From an uncultured cyanobacterium (lineage in GTDB: Bacteria > Cyanobacteriota > Cyanobacteriia > Cyanobacteriales > Nostocaceae), in contig CAVUDP010000002.1 in NCBI GenBank assembly GCA_963740315.1, positions 1,856,001-1,920,000 of the forward strand: a stretch of DNA of 64,000 nucleotides, in the 5' to 3' direction. Position 1 is the stretch's first letter. Every line of letters starts with the position of its first letter. This document shows positions 9,829-20,786 of this stretch, in pieces. The notes beneath the pieces are model-generated. The model searched no databases and was not told where the DNA came from. It was given only the letters and a program-made list of their open reading frames with translations. A program made the translations under genes and the position numbers.

Positions 9829-12696
9829 GTGTGTTTCTATATGACAAAATATAAATTGCAAACACTACTCAAGCGAAAAACGACAAATCTATATAATTCC
9901 TGTCGAATTTCCTATAATAAATTACCGCTAACTTGCGAAGATAAAACTCCGAGAGTTTCTATAATTTACGAAGAGATATTGTTTAAAACAGATAGTTCGG
10001 GAAGATGGACATTTCTAAGTCCAATCTGGAATGAATTAACTGGATTTACGGTTGCAGAAAGTATTGGTAATAGCTTTCTTGATTACATTCATCCTTGCGA
10101 GTATCAACGCAATTATGAATTATTTCAAATTCTGAAAGCACGACATATAGAAGAAAGCGTATACAAAACTCGCTACAAAACCTCTGAAGGAGATATTTGT
10201 ATTGTTAAAATTCGGATGCGAACTTTAGTTGATAGACAAGAACAAATGATTGGTACTTCTGGTACGCTCGAACTAATTGATTTTGAAAAACCAGAATACT
10301 ACGAAAACGAGCAGCATCAAATAGATAGTCAATATGATGCAGAAGTTGTTGAGGTGAATAATCATTACCTCGAAGCACTTATTAATATACAAACTGAAGC
10401 GCAGACTTTCGATGGTAGCAATCAATGCTATACAAAAATTCTATCTATTTTAGGAAGGGCTGTCTTAGCTAGCCGAGTTTATATATTTGAAAATTCTCAA
10501 TCTAAAAACGGGATATTAACTAATTACAAAGCTGAATGGTGCGACACGGGTATTACTCAAACTAATACAGTGATGCCTTCAAAATCAGTAGCAGAAATTT
10601 TTCCTAATTGGGCACAGATATTAGCACGAGGTGATATTGCTTCTGGTAAGTTGACAGAAGTTAGCATTGAAGAACAAAAGTTTTTTGAAGCGAGAGGAGT
10701 TGTTTCTGTCTTACTTTTACCTATTGTTTTCAAAGGTGAGTTTTTAGGATTTATAGGATTAGAAGACTGTGTAGAAGAGAGAGTTTGGCAACCAACAGAA
10801 GTTACATTTTTGCAAGCCGCAGCAGGCGTGATTTCTCTTGCTTATGAAAATTGGTTAACTCAAAAATCGCAATTTCAAACTATTAAACAATATAAAAAAT
10901 TCAACTCAAAATTAAAAGAGCAACTCAATCAATATACCGTTGAGTTGCAAAAGGAAGATGAAAAATGCCAGCGCATACAAAAAGAACTAGAAGCATCTAT
11001 TTCTTTGCAAAAAACGACATTAGAAACTATTAATGACGGTATTCTATTAGTAGATAGCATTGGTGATATTACTGGCTACAATCATAAGCTTGTGGAAATG
11101 TGGGGTATTCCTCAGTCGCTAATGACATCAGGTAATTATGCACAAGTATTAGAATTTGTAACTAGTCAGTTGAAAAACCCTGAAGAATACTTTATTTCAG
11201 TAAATCACCTACAGACTTATCCCGGTGCAGAAATTTATGACTGGATTGAATTTAAAGATGGTAGGACATTTGAGCGCTATTCTCAACCCCAATATATTGG
11301 TAGTAAAATTGTAGGTAGAGTTTGGAGTTTTCGGGATATCAGCGAACGTTTTCAAGCAGAAGCAATGATACGCCATCAAGCTTCACACGATCTTTTAACT
11401 AATTTACCCAATCGAATGCAGTTTTATGGACGATTGCTAGAGTCTTTAATCAAAGCGTCGCAGAATAATAGTAAATTAGCCGTGTGTTTTTTGGATCTAG
11501 ATAGATTTAAAACTATCAACGAAACATTAGGTCATAAAATCGGTGATAAATTGTTACAAAGCGTTGCCGAACGTTTAAATAAGTGTTTGTGTTCTAGCGA
11601 TACAATTGCTCGTTGGGGGGGTGATGAATTCACTTTGCTGTTGTCTGAAATTAATGGTGTGCGGGATGCTGCTCGTATTGCTCAAGAGATTTTAGCTGCT
11701 TTAAAACCAGGATTTTTGATAGACAATCATCTTCTACATATCAGTGCCAGCATTGGGATTGCTGTTTATCCCAACCACGGAAAAGATGGAGAAACCTTAA
11801 TTAAAAACGCCGATGCCGCATTAAATCGCGCAAAATTGCAAGGAAGAAATCACTATAAAGTTTATAACTCGGCGATTAATTCTCAAGCTTCTGAATTACT
11901 TAGTTTAGAAAACAGTTTGCATTATGCTGTAGAGCGAAATGAATTGATGCTATCTTACCAACCTCAAATTGATATAACTACGGGAGAAATTTGTAAGTTT
12001 GAAGCTTTATTGCGCTGGCAACATCCCAAATATGGATTAATCTCTCCTGGTAAATTTATTCCTATTGCTGAAGAAACTGGATTAATTGTACCTATTAGCG
12101 AATGGGTTTTAAGAACTGCTTGCGCTCAAAATAAAATTTGGCAAAATCTCGGTTTACCATCGGTGGGTGTAGCTGTTAACTTATCTGCAAGAGAATTTCA
12201 GCAACCACACTTAGTTGATACCGTTCGGCGCGTCTTAGCGGAAACTAAGTTATCACCTCAATACTTAGAGTTAGAAATTACTGAAAGCGCTGCAATGCAA
12301 AATGTTGATTTCAGCAAAGAAATTTTAACTAATTTAAATGATATGGGTGTTTCCATATCTATAGATGATTTTGGAACCGGATATTGTTCGTTTAATTATC
12401 TTAAACAGTTTCCCATTCACTGTTTGAAAATAGATCGTTCTTTTGTGCAAGATTTAACTAAGGATACCAACGATGCGGCTATTGTTACAGCAATGATTGC
12501 TTTAGCACATGGATTAAATCTTTCCGTTGTTGCTGAAGGTGTGGAAACCGAAGAACAACGCAATTTATTAAGAATTTTAGAATGTGAATTGATGCAGGGA
12601 AATCTTTTTAGTCCTGCTGTTTGCGCTCAAGAAGCTACAGAATTATTATTAAAATCTAAATCCCGATTGCTTGATACATCTGTTTTGGTCGCTTAA
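9829..12696 (+). CDS. PAS-GAF-PAS-GGDEF-EAL diguanylate cyclase/phosphodiesterase
   Basis: HDLLTNLPNR, RWGGDEF, FEALLRW, DDFGTGY and EGVET motifs; exact start uncertain (ATG 9841 possible). Confidence 0.95.
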   Translation: MCFYMTKYKLQTLLKRKTTNLYNSCRISYNKLPLTCEDKTPRVSIIYEEILFKTDSSGRWTFLSPIWNELTGFTVAESIGNSFLDYIHPCEYQRNYELFQILKARHIEESVYKTRYKTSEGDICIVKIRMRTLVDRQEQMIGTSGTLELIDFEKPEYYENEQHQIDSQYDAEVVEVNNHYLEALINIQTEAQTFDGSNQCYTKILSILGRAVLASRVYIFENSQSKNGILTNYKAEWCDTGITQTNTVMPSKSVAEIFPNWAQILARGDIASGKLTEVSIEEQKFFEARGVVSVLLLPIVFKGEFLGFIGLEDCVEERVWQPTEVTFLQAAAGVISLAYENWLTQKSQFQTIKQYKKFNSKLKEQLNQYTVELQKEDEKCQRIQKELEASISLQKTTLETINDGILLVDSIGDITGYNHKLVEMWGIPQSLMTSGNYAQVLEFVTSQLKNPEEYFISVNHLQTYPGAEIYDWIEFKDGRTFERYSQPQYIGSKIVGRVWSFRDISERFQAEAMIRHQASHDLLTNLPNRMQFYGRLLESLIKASQNNSKLAVCFLDLDRFKTINETLGHKIGDKLLQSVAERLNKCLCSSDTIARWGGDEFTLLLSEINGVRDAARIAQEILAALKPGFLIDNHLLHISASIGIAVYPNHGKDGETLIKNADAALNRAKLQGRNHYKVYNSAINSQASELLSLENSLHYAVERNELMLSYQPQIDITTGEICKFEALLRWQHPKYGLISPGKFIPIAEETGLIVPISEWVLRTACAQNKIWQNLGLPSVGVAVNLSAREFQQPHLVDTVRRVLAETKLSPQYLELEITESAAMQNVDFSKEILTNLNDMGVSISIDDFGTGYCSFNYLKQFPIHCLKIDRSFVQDLTKDTNDAAIVTAMIALAHGLNLSVVAEGVETEEQRNLLRILECELMQGNLFSPAVCAQEATELLLKSKSRLLDTSVLVA

Positions 12697-12708
12697 AAGA
12701 ACAGTCAG

Positions 12709-12782
12709 GAGTATTGAGTATTGAGTGAGGAGTATTGAGTGAGGAGTGAGGAGTATTGAATATTGAGTATTGAGTATTGAGT
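12709..12782. repeat. STRR array (GAGTATT/GAGTGAG)n
   Basis: Heptamer tandem repeats between convergent genes. Confidence 0.85.
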
Positions 12783-12883
12783 TAAGAAAGCAAAGAGAGC
12801 AATTTAAAATTAATTTTTCTTCCTCTGCCTCCTCTTCCCCATCTCCCCCGAACCCCCGAACCCCATCTTCACGATGCCCGATT

Positions 12884-14494
12884 TTATAAAAATTCCACCC
12901 TTGCATCAAAACCGCGATCGCGCAAAAGTTGAGATTGTCTTTGTGCTTCCACACGCTGGTTATATTCTCCGGCGTTGACAAAATCTCCTAGTCTGGATTT
13001 ACCAAGTTGAGCGGAAGGTACGTACTGAAGTACTTGATTGTAAATATCTCGATTTCGCAAAGGTATAACTACTACATAACGTTTTTCGCTGCGATTGCTA
13101 AATCCTAGTTTTGTCCAGGTTTGTTCGTCTACAAAGCCAGTTTCGGATAATCCTTGATATCGCTGGAATGCAAGCAAACCTTGTCTGGTAAAAGGACCAA
13201 AATAACCTGTGGGATTAGCTTTGAGTAAGCCTAATTCCAGCAAACGCTCTTGCACTTTTGTTACTCTTTCATTGTTATCGCCGGGATAAATCGCTTCAAA
13301 AGCCCTATCTCCTCCTTGACTTCTTAATACTGTAGATATTGCTTGAGAAGTACGTGAATCTAAATTTCCAGTCATGGGTAAACCATAACTCTGCTGGAAT
13401 CGCATCACAGCATCTTGAGTCGATTTATCAAAAAAGCCCGTGGGATTTCCGTAAAAATAATTCAGTGTCTTCAAATTTTGTTGTAACGTTGTGACTTGAG
13501 GACCTCTGGCACCAACTGTTATAACACCTGTAGGTAGAGGTGATGGAGAAACTATTTGATTCATCGCCACCCAAGTACGCTTATCTACGTTTCCAGTGGT
13601 GGGGAGGCGTTTTTCTTGTTGAAATCTGACTACAGCATCTCTAGTGACTGGACCAAAATAACCTGTAGGATTTCCCCTAAAATAATTTAAATCCTTTAAT
13701 CTCTGTTGTAGCTGGCTTATCCATTCTCCTCTACAACCGATGCTAATAATCTCTCTGTTGTAATCGCAAAAACGACCGGGAAGATTTGTCTCTTCTTGGC
13801 GTGGCGGTGCATTTAACGCCAAACGCATTGCTTCTCTGGTGCGAGGTCCGACAATGCCAATCGGATTTATACCGTTTTGTCGCTGAAAACTTATTACCGC
13901 ATTTGTGGTCAATTCGCGAAATCTACCCGTAACCGGACCGTTATAAACGCCTAAAGCTTTTAAATCTCGCTGTAATTTTGTTACAGCTGCACCATCACAG
14001 CCGCTTTTAAGTCCGCGCCTGCAAGCATTGTCAGAAACACCTCCTCCGCCTTGACCTATATTACTACCACACTTTCTTCGCAATGCAGCTTCGGTTTTAG
14101 GTCCAACTTTTCCGATAGCAGATATTCCGCTAGCTTGCTGAAATCTTCTCACGGCAGATTCAGTCATTGAGGCAAAATTGCCGTTTACCGGACCGTTAAA
14201 ATAACCCAACCTTTTTAAACAACTCTGAAGATTTTTGACTTGAGAGTTATTATCTCCTCTCTCTAAAGCTAAAGCTTCGCTATGGCTGGCTAGCATTGTA
14301 AGAGTTGTTACAACAGATATTAGAGGTAGAGCAAGTCTGCTATTATTAAACATTTTTTCACAAATATCGACTAACAACTTGAAATCAACTTTGACGGGAA
14401 CAACCTCATTATTTGAGTGGGTTTCCTTGACTAAATCTTGGTAATCGGAACCAATTGTTTTTGAGTTGAAGAAATTCCCTGTTAGGGTATTCAC
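12884..14494 (-). CDS. Peptidoglycan-binding repeat protein (about five PG_binding_1 units) with a C-terminal SPOR-like segment
   Basis: Repeated V..LQ..L..L.YF.G.PTG.FG..T..AV..FQ units and a hydrophobic signal-like segment ending EALA. Confidence 0.85.
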   Translation of the reverse strand: MNTLTGNFFNSKTIGSDYQDLVKETHSNNEVVPVKVDFKLLVDICEKMFNNSRLALPLISVVTTLTMLASHSEALALERGDNNSQVKNLQSCLKRLGYFNGPVNGNFASMTESAVRRFQQASGISAIGKVGPKTEAALRRKCGSNIGQGGGGVSDNACRRGLKSGCDGAAVTKLQRDLKALGVYNGPVTGRFRELTTNAVISFQRQNGINPIGIVGPRTREAMRLALNAPPRQEETNLPGRFCDYNREIISIGCRGEWISQLQQRLKDLNYFRGNPTGYFGPVTRDAVVRFQQEKRLPTTGNVDKRTWVAMNQIVSPSPLPTGVITVGARGPQVTTLQQNLKTLNYFYGNPTGFFDKSTQDAVMRFQQSYGLPMTGNLDSRTSQAISTVLRSQGGDRAFEAIYPGDNNERVTKVQERLLELGLLKANPTGYFGPFTRQGLLAFQRYQGLSETGFVDEQTWTKLGFSNRSEKRYVVVIPLRNRDIYNQVLQYVPSAQLGKSRLGDFVNAGEYNQRVEAQRQSQLLRDRGFDARVEFL

Positions 14495-15021
14495 CTTACA
14501 GAAAGAATTTTTTGCATATATTTACGAGGTACTTTGGCGTTCAAAATTTATCTGGGTAAATGCAATATTTATAACTACGATTACTAACTATATCTTTCTC
14601 AGACGCTACGTCTTTATTAACCGCAACTGCAATAAAAATTCATAGTTTAGCTATTTTAGAATCCTAAAATACATATGTAATTAAGCATTGATGTATCTGG
14701 CATTTTATGCACCCATATAAAATCTACCAGATATTACTGATAACACAATTATATTACTTATGGGTAATGACACGCATATTGTTTAAGTAATATATGTATG
14801 AATTGTACATGAAATTAATCAAGGTTGAAGTAGATAATATTGTCTTAACTTTTAGATAATAGTTATTAAGTCCAAATTAAGTACGAGTAAAAAATCATGA
14901 AATAATAATACTACTATTTTCGCTTGTCTAAACTTTAATCGCCAATTTAAACGGCAAAGCATCAAGCTTACAAACTAGATTAGTAACCTGTAAGACAAGC
15001 AAAAATTCCAAATTGAAAAGT

Positions 15022-15516
15022 TTATTCTTCGGCTTTTTTAGTGTTACCTGCTTTTACCCAAGCTTCCTGCCCGCTGCTTTCAATGCGAATTTTCTGCCAA
15101 GTTTTATCATTGCTTAATTCCAAAACTATAACTTTTGCATTAAAGCCAATACCACCAAGACGTTCTGCATTAAGTTCTGGTTCCGCTCTTAAAATTAAAC
15201 CTTGGGGCCAAGTTACTGTAGCGGGGTAAGCACCCGGTGGTAATGGCTTTTCTGCTTCTTTTTCAGGTGTTTTTGTAACAGTAGGCTTTGCTTTGGCAGT
15301 AGTTTTTCCCGTTGAATTAGCAGCGATTGTTGCTCCTGGTGTAGGAGTTTTCGCAGCTTGAGCTTTTACTTCTGCTTTGTCATTAGAAAAAACTGGTTTT
15401 GGAGGATTGGCAGAAATTCGATTCATAAAATAAATTGCAAGTGCTGCACTACCACCTACCAAAATACCGATCGCTAATAAAACACCAAGTATTAACTTTA
15501 GTATGTTAGACAACAT
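15022..15516 (-). CDS. Membrane-anchored SH3b-domain protein
   Basis: N-terminal TM helix, Pro/Thr/Lys linker and GLILRAEP...W..I......AWVK SH3-like C-terminus. Confidence 0.8.
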   Translation of the reverse strand: MLSNILKLILGVLLAIGILVGGSAALAIYFMNRISANPPKPVFSNDKAEVKAQAAKTPTPGATIAANSTGKTTAKAKPTVTKTPEKEAEKPLPPGAYPATVTWPQGLILRAEPELNAERLGGIGFNAKVIVLELSNDKTWQKIRIESSGQEAWVKAGNTKKAEE

Positions 15517-15774
15517 AGTAACTACCTCTTACCACTCGTGAGGGCAATAAAGTTCTGAGTGATGAATTATAACTTTTTACCATCGAATCCTCAATCATTA
15601 TTACATTTGAGGTTGAGTATGGTTGGTTTAAGAAGTACATTGAGAAATGGGCATTGGGGAATGGGCATGGGGCATTGGGTATTGAGTATAATATCTAATT
15701 AACAACGAAAGTTATAGAAAACCCGCCTTTTTTAGTAAAGCGGGATAACTTAACATAAATACTGAACACTAAAA

Positions 15775-17358
15775 CTACAATTTATCTGTGCGTATTACTC
15801 GCGCATCAAAACCGCGATCGCGCAAAAAGTATTGAGAATATTGTTTTGCGCCTTGAGAATCTGTAAACTCTCCGGCTTGAACAAATTTACCCAATTTTGT
15901 ATTGCGGATAAAGGCATCGGGTACGAAACGGCGTACTTCATCTAAAGTGTACGGACTAGTCATGGGTACAACTACAACGTAGCGATCGTCACTGATGACA
16001 ACGTTAGCTTTTTCTAATGCTTTCCAGGTTCGCGAATCTACGATTCCGTTAGAGGGTAATTCGTTAGAAAGCTGGAATTGTTTCACCGCTTCCCAAGTTG
16101 TATTTCCAAAGTAACTTGTAGGATTGCCTTTGAAATATTTTAACTCCTGCAACCTGAGTTGTAGTTTGGTGACGCACTCGCCTTTGTCACCTCGTTGAAG
16201 AACGGGTTTATCACATTTCTCTGGCTTAGTTTCCCCCACAGGACTAGTGTTGTCAATTTGTTGCCAAGTTTGCGGTCCCACAACGCCATCGGCAAACAGT
16301 CCCTTGTTTCGCTGGAATCGTTTTACAGCTTCCGCAGTCTGGTAATCATAATTACCGTTGGGATTGGATTTAAAATAACCCCAATGGCGCAATCTAGTTT
16401 GCAAATATGTTACGTAATTACTTTTATCGCCAGTCTGAAGAATCGGACATTTACCGCTACTGCAAGAACCAACGGTGAGAGGTAATACTGAAGAAGGCTT
16501 TGATTGTTGAATTGCTTTATCAATTGCTTGTTGAGTATTTGGACCAACAATTCCATCAACAGTTAGTTTCTTAGCTTTTTGGAATCGAACTACAGCATCT
16601 CTAGTGGCTGGACCATAATAACCACTCAACTTACCTTCAAAATATTTTAATTGCTGCAAACGCTTTTGTAACGATGTAACTTCCGCACCTCTGGAACCCA
16701 GACGAAGAATAGAGTTTTCACCGCCAACAGCATCATTACCTTTAGTTAAACTTTGCTCGATCGCAGCTAAAGTTCTTGAACTAGCAATTCCATCAACAGT
16801 TAAACCTTTGTTTTTTTGAAATCCGATTACAGCGTCTTTGGTAACTGGACCAAAATAACCACTAGGATTACCAACAAAGAAATTCAACTGCTTTAAATCA
16901 AGCTGAAGTTTTTTAACAGCTTCGCCGCGACTGCCAAGTTGAACCACACCCGATTGATCGGAACATTTAGACTGAAGAATTTTTTGTGTATTGCTGCCTA
17001 CAACACCATCAGTTGTGAGTCCGTTGTCTTTCTGAAACTTAATTACAGCACTTTTAGTTGTCGAACCGTAGTAACCAGTCACTGAAGCATTAAAGTAATC
17101 TAATTCCTTCAAACACTTCTGAATAGTTGTAACTGATGCACCTTTACGTCCATATTTATCTAATGCTAAAGCTTGTCCGACGCTACTCAAACAGAATAAA
17201 GTTAGCGCCACAGATAAAAGACGCATAGCAGCGAAACTAGGCAGCTTTTTGCGATTAAGTCCCGCAAAAATATTGAAATCGAATCGGAAAGGAACAATCT
17301 CGGTACTTTCGGGTGCTTCATAGCTTGAAGCAGCGTGAATATAGCCAATATTTTCCAT
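15775..17358 (-). CDS. Peptidoglycan-binding repeat protein, paralog of 12884..14494
   Basis: Five PG_binding_1-like units; the C-terminus RYVVV.P...LG.FV.AGE...LRDRGFDARV is shared with the paralog. Confidence 0.88.
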   Translation of the reverse strand: MENIGYIHAASSYEAPESTEIVPFRFDFNIFAGLNRKKLPSFAAMRLLSVALTLFCLSSVGQALALDKYGRKGASVTTIQKCLKELDYFNASVTGYYGSTTKSAVIKFQKDNGLTTDGVVGSNTQKILQSKCSDQSGVVQLGSRGEAVKKLQLDLKQLNFFVGNPSGYFGPVTKDAVIGFQKNKGLTVDGIASSRTLAAIEQSLTKGNDAVGGENSILRLGSRGAEVTSLQKRLQQLKYFEGKLSGYYGPATRDAVVRFQKAKKLTVDGIVGPNTQQAIDKAIQQSKPSSVLPLTVGSCSSGKCPILQTGDKSNYVTYLQTRLRHWGYFKSNPNGNYDYQTAEAVKRFQRNKGLFADGVVGPQTWQQIDNTSPVGETKPEKCDKPVLQRGDKGECVTKLQLRLQELKYFKGNPTSYFGNTTWEAVKQFQLSNELPSNGIVDSRTWKALEKANVVISDDRYVVVVPMTSPYTLDEVRRFVPDAFIRNTKLGKFVQAGEFTDSQGAKQYSQYFLRDRGFDARVIRTDKL

Positions 17359-17619
17359 AATGCGAGTTAAGAAGGGGGTTGATTAGTTATTTACGAGGCG
17401 CGGAATCGAGGCGTACCGAACGTCAAGTAATCATCCCTGATGTATTTATCGATGAATAAAAATACTCTAAATTTGAGCATTTTTTTTATATCATTGCCAC
17501 GTAAACTTCTGCCTGAAGATACGTTTCGCAGACAAAATATAAATATTCTTCAAGTTAGCTAAGGATTACATAAAGAAACCCAGTTTGAAAATTAGATATT
17601 GACCAAAAAAACCAGGCTT

Positions 17620-17873
17620 CTAGTGCTTTGTCCCATAAAAAATGCCGGGTGAGGGTAAGCAGGGGGAGCGGAGGAAGCAGGGGAGCAGGGGAAGAAAAAG
17701 CTTTTTGTTTTCAAACTACACCTATCAAAATTAATGGGACAGACCACTCACTAGTAGTCTTTTTCATTAAATTTGATGGGTTTGTAGTAAGGACTTCAGT
17801 CCCTCCGGATTTGGTGCTAAAGCACTTACTACGAACCTTTATTACCCTCAAAACTAATGGGACACATTACTAG
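17620..17873. mobile_element. MITE-like element with CTAG ends carrying a REP-like palindrome
   Basis: CTAGTGCTTTGTCCCAT ... ATGGGACACATTACTAG inverted ends; internal GTAGTAAGGACTTCAG...CTAAAGCACTTACTAC at 17784-17832. Confidence 0.55.
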
Positions 17874-18103
17874 AAACAAAGTAAGTATTATTGACGAGAG
17901 CAATTGCAATTAATAATTAGAATTTTTACTTATCGCAAAATAGACTTTTTAATCTACGTGATATTACTAATATTATAGCAATATATATTAACTAAATTGT
18001 AAAAATTATTACTTGTACTTAAATATATAACCTTAAAAAGGCATTGGTCATTGGTCATATATTAACCTTTGACCTTTGACCTTTGACCTTTAACCTACTC
18101 CTA

Positions 18104-19615
18104 CTAAAACTGCTGTTGAATCCTGTCACTCAAGGGATTATGCTTTGATGCCAGACGTGCCCTTCCGGAAGCAGCCCATTGACGCAGTTGCTCGATTTTC
18201 TCTTTAGCAGTTCTAGCTAAAGGTATAATTTGACTCGCAGCTTCTAAAATATCGTCTGTAGTAAAGTCGCGGTTTTGGCTAAAGCCGATGTGCATGGCTT
18301 CAACTAATGTTTGCTCGATTTCTGCACCGGAAAAATCGGGCGTTTCGTAGGCTAATCTATCAATGTCGTACTCTTTGATATTATGGGGACGCAATCGCGA
18401 TAAATGCACGTTAAAAATGGCTTTTCTTTCTTCTTGTATAGGTAAACCGACGAAGAATATTTCATCAAATCTACCTTTACGCAACAATTCCGGCGGTAAG
18501 TCTTGAATCTCGTTGGCAGTGGCAACTACAAATACAGGTGAGGTTTTCTCCGCCATCCAGGTAATAAATGTACCAAATACTCTGCTAGTAGTTCCCCCGT
18601 CGCCTTTGCTACCAAGTCCGGAAAAGGCTTTGTCTATTTCATCTATCCATAAAATACACGGTGAGAGGGCTTCAGATAGCTGTATCATTTGGCGAGTACG
18701 AGATTCCGATTCACCTACCAAACCGCCGAATAATCTGCCTACATCCAAGCGTAATAAAGGTAAATGCCAATGATGCGCGATCGCCTTTGCAGTTAATGAT
18801 TTACCAGTACCTTGAATACCTACCAACAGCAAACCTCTCGGATGGGGTAAACCATATTGTCGAGCTTTTTCGCTGAAACCACCACCTCTTCTTAATAACC
18901 AATCTTTGAGATTATCTAATCCACCAATATCGGAAATTTGTTCTGTAGCGGGGATAAAATCGAGGATTTGAGTTTGACGGATAGTTTGACGCTTCTCCTG
19001 TAAAACTAACTCCACATCTTCCGCTTGTAATTCTCCACGTGCGGCAATCGCTCTCGATAAAACCCGGCGAATCCTTTCCATACTCAAGCCTTGAGCCGAA
19101 CGAACTAATTCATTTAAAACTTGATTTGGCAGAGAATTATTAGTAGCGGCTAATAGTCTTTCGATTTCGGTTTGGATTTCTATAGCGCTAGGTAAAGCGA
19201 ATTCCACCACCGTCAACACTTCGGTTAAATCATCGGGAATGGCAACACGCGGTGAAAGTATGACAATATTTTTTGGTTGCGATTTTAATAAACGGGCTAA
19301 ATTGCGGAGTTTGCGGGAAATTGCCACGTCATCCAAAAATCGATGAAAATCCCGGAGAATTAATATAGCAGGTGCGGAAGCGTGTAATTTTTCTACAAAT
19401 TCCAAAGCTTGTAGAGGATTGCGTCTGCCGAAACCCGCATCGTTAGGATTACCTTGATAACCGTCAACAAAATCCCAAGTGTAGACTTGACGGTTGCCTT
19501 GTTTGCTGGCTTCTTCCCGAATTACGGCTTCTAAACGCTCTTCTTCCTGAGTGGGAATATAAATTAAAGAGTAGCGAGCGCGTAATAGTAGTTTAAACTC
19601 TTCGCGGAATGTCAT
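18104..19615 (-). CDS. ycf46: Ycf46-family AAA ATPase
   Basis: LLLRARY..IYI.T.EEER N-terminus, DIGGLDNLK, GIQGTGKS, LWIDEIDK and LLRKGRFDEIFF. Confidence 0.88.
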   Translation of the reverse strand: MTFREEFKLLLRARYSLIYIPTQEEERLEAVIREEASKQGNRQVYTWDFVDGYQGNPNDAGFGRRNPLQALEFVEKLHASAPAILILRDFHRFLDDVAISRKLRNLARLLKSQPKNIVILSPRVAIPDDLTEVLTVVEFALPSAIEIQTEIERLLAATNNSLPNQVLNELVRSAQGLSMERIRRVLSRAIAARGELQAEDVELVLQEKRQTIRQTQILDFIPATEQISDIGGLDNLKDWLLRRGGGFSEKARQYGLPHPRGLLLVGIQGTGKSLTAKAIAHHWHLPLLRLDVGRLFGGLVGESESRTRQMIQLSEALSPCILWIDEIDKAFSGLGSKGDGGTTSRVFGTFITWMAEKTSPVFVVATANEIQDLPPELLRKGRFDEIFFVGLPIQEERKAIFNVHLSRLRPHNIKEYDIDRLAYETPDFSGAEIEQTLVEAMHIGFSQNRDFTTDDILEAASQIIPLARTAKEKIEQLRQWAASGRARLASKHNPLSDRIQQQF

Positions 19616-19792
19616 AGTTGTTTTTTTAGTTGTTTATTTTATTGTTTAGGTTTTTATTGCGTTTGTTAAATAAGAATGATTAACCCTTCTATTCGCGGAG
19701 GGCGCTGAGGAAGAGTTTTGAGAGCGGTTTTAAATTTATCAGCTAAAAATCTCGATATATTTTCTTTATTCGTTGGTATGACTTAAATTTAT

Positions 19793-19819
19793 GAGACGTA
19801 GCAGTGCTACGTCTCTACA
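19793..19819. repeat. REP-like palindrome GAGACGTAGCA-N-TGCTACGTCTC
   Basis: Further copies at 33192-33218, 33310-33336 and 41032-41062; a variant at 44108-44137. Confidence 0.8.
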
Positions 19820-19830
19820 TTAGTTATTTT

Positions 19831-20661
19831 TTAGGAATTGTTATCTAGCCAGGTGGTTAAATCATTTTGGTTGGAAAAATCTAACAGTGCTTCTCCTAAG
19901 TCTTCTAATTGAGTCGTAGATAAAGCATTGACACGCTGTTGAATTTCTGAATTCAAGTTACTAATACGACGGTTAAGTAAACGCATGGTGTATTGCAATG
20001 CTTCTTGTTTCTTACCTATTTGTTCTCCTATGAGAATAATATCCTGATAAATCACTGATTCTTGCATAATTTCCTCTCGAAATAGTTGATTAATTAAATT
20101 TCTGTCAAATCGTAATCCGGCTAAGATTTGGGTGCAGGCTGAGATATTTTTTTGTGCTTCGCTTTCCTCAATCATATCTACCGCATTTGCAACTTGCTGT
20201 AATAAGCTTTCAGGTGAATTACTTTTTGCTAATGCTGCAAGCGGTAGAAGGGCAGGATTATTTAATAAAGGTGCGGCATCTTGTTCCCATAAGCGAATCA
20301 CTCGATATCTGTGACGGGTATTTGTATCTACATATTCTGTCTTGAACACCATTTCCGAATTGCTGGGTTGCAGGAAAATTATTACTTGTTCGATGTCACA
20401 CCAATATATTTGCTTCAATCTGATGTAGTAATTGAGCATTCGGAAGTCGAGAGGTGGTGTTGATTTTGGTTGGGTTTGAAATTCTATGTGAAGAATTTGG
20501 TTGGCATTTTTCAGAAATGTTACCGAATCGGCGCGAATTGGTTCCAGGTTGAGTTCGGTTTTAAGTACTTGCATATCTGAAGTATCGGTGGAGAGCAGCC
20601 AGTTTGCGAACTCTGCGGGGTAGGTTTCGGCGAGGTATTTGCAGGTGTTGTCGTAAGCCAA
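19831..20661 (-). CDS. Rpn-family PD-(D/E)XK nuclease-like protein with a DUF4351-like C-terminus
   Basis: YDNTCKYLAE, EPIRADS, ILHIEFQT, RMLNY and LE.LGEALLDF motifs; TTG start. Confidence 0.88.
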   Translation of the reverse strand: MAYDNTCKYLAETYPAEFANWLLSTDTSDMQVLKTELNLEPIRADSVTFLKNANQILHIEFQTQPKSTPPLDFRMLNYYIRLKQIYWCDIEQVIIFLQPSNSEMVFKTEYVDTNTRHRYRVIRLWEQDAAPLLNNPALLPLAALAKSNSPESLLQQVANAVDMIEESEAQKNISACTQILAGLRFDRNLINQLFREEIMQESVIYQDIILIGEQIGKKQEALQYTMRLLNRRISNLNSEIQQRVNALSTTQLEDLGEALLDFSNQNDLTTWLDNNS

Positions 20662-20717
20662 GAGTCAGTTAACAATTATCAATGAACAATTATCAATATT
20701 TCATGTTTTGTATTCTT

Positions 20718-20786
20718 GTAGGGTGAGTGACGGTTACGGTAATTTATCACCTACAGCGAAATGATTTGAAATTACCGTCACGCACC
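20718..20786. repeat. GTAG-initiated REP-like hairpin
   Basis: GTAGGGTGAGTGACGGTTACGGTAATTT ... AAATTACCGTCACGCACC. Confidence 0.5.
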
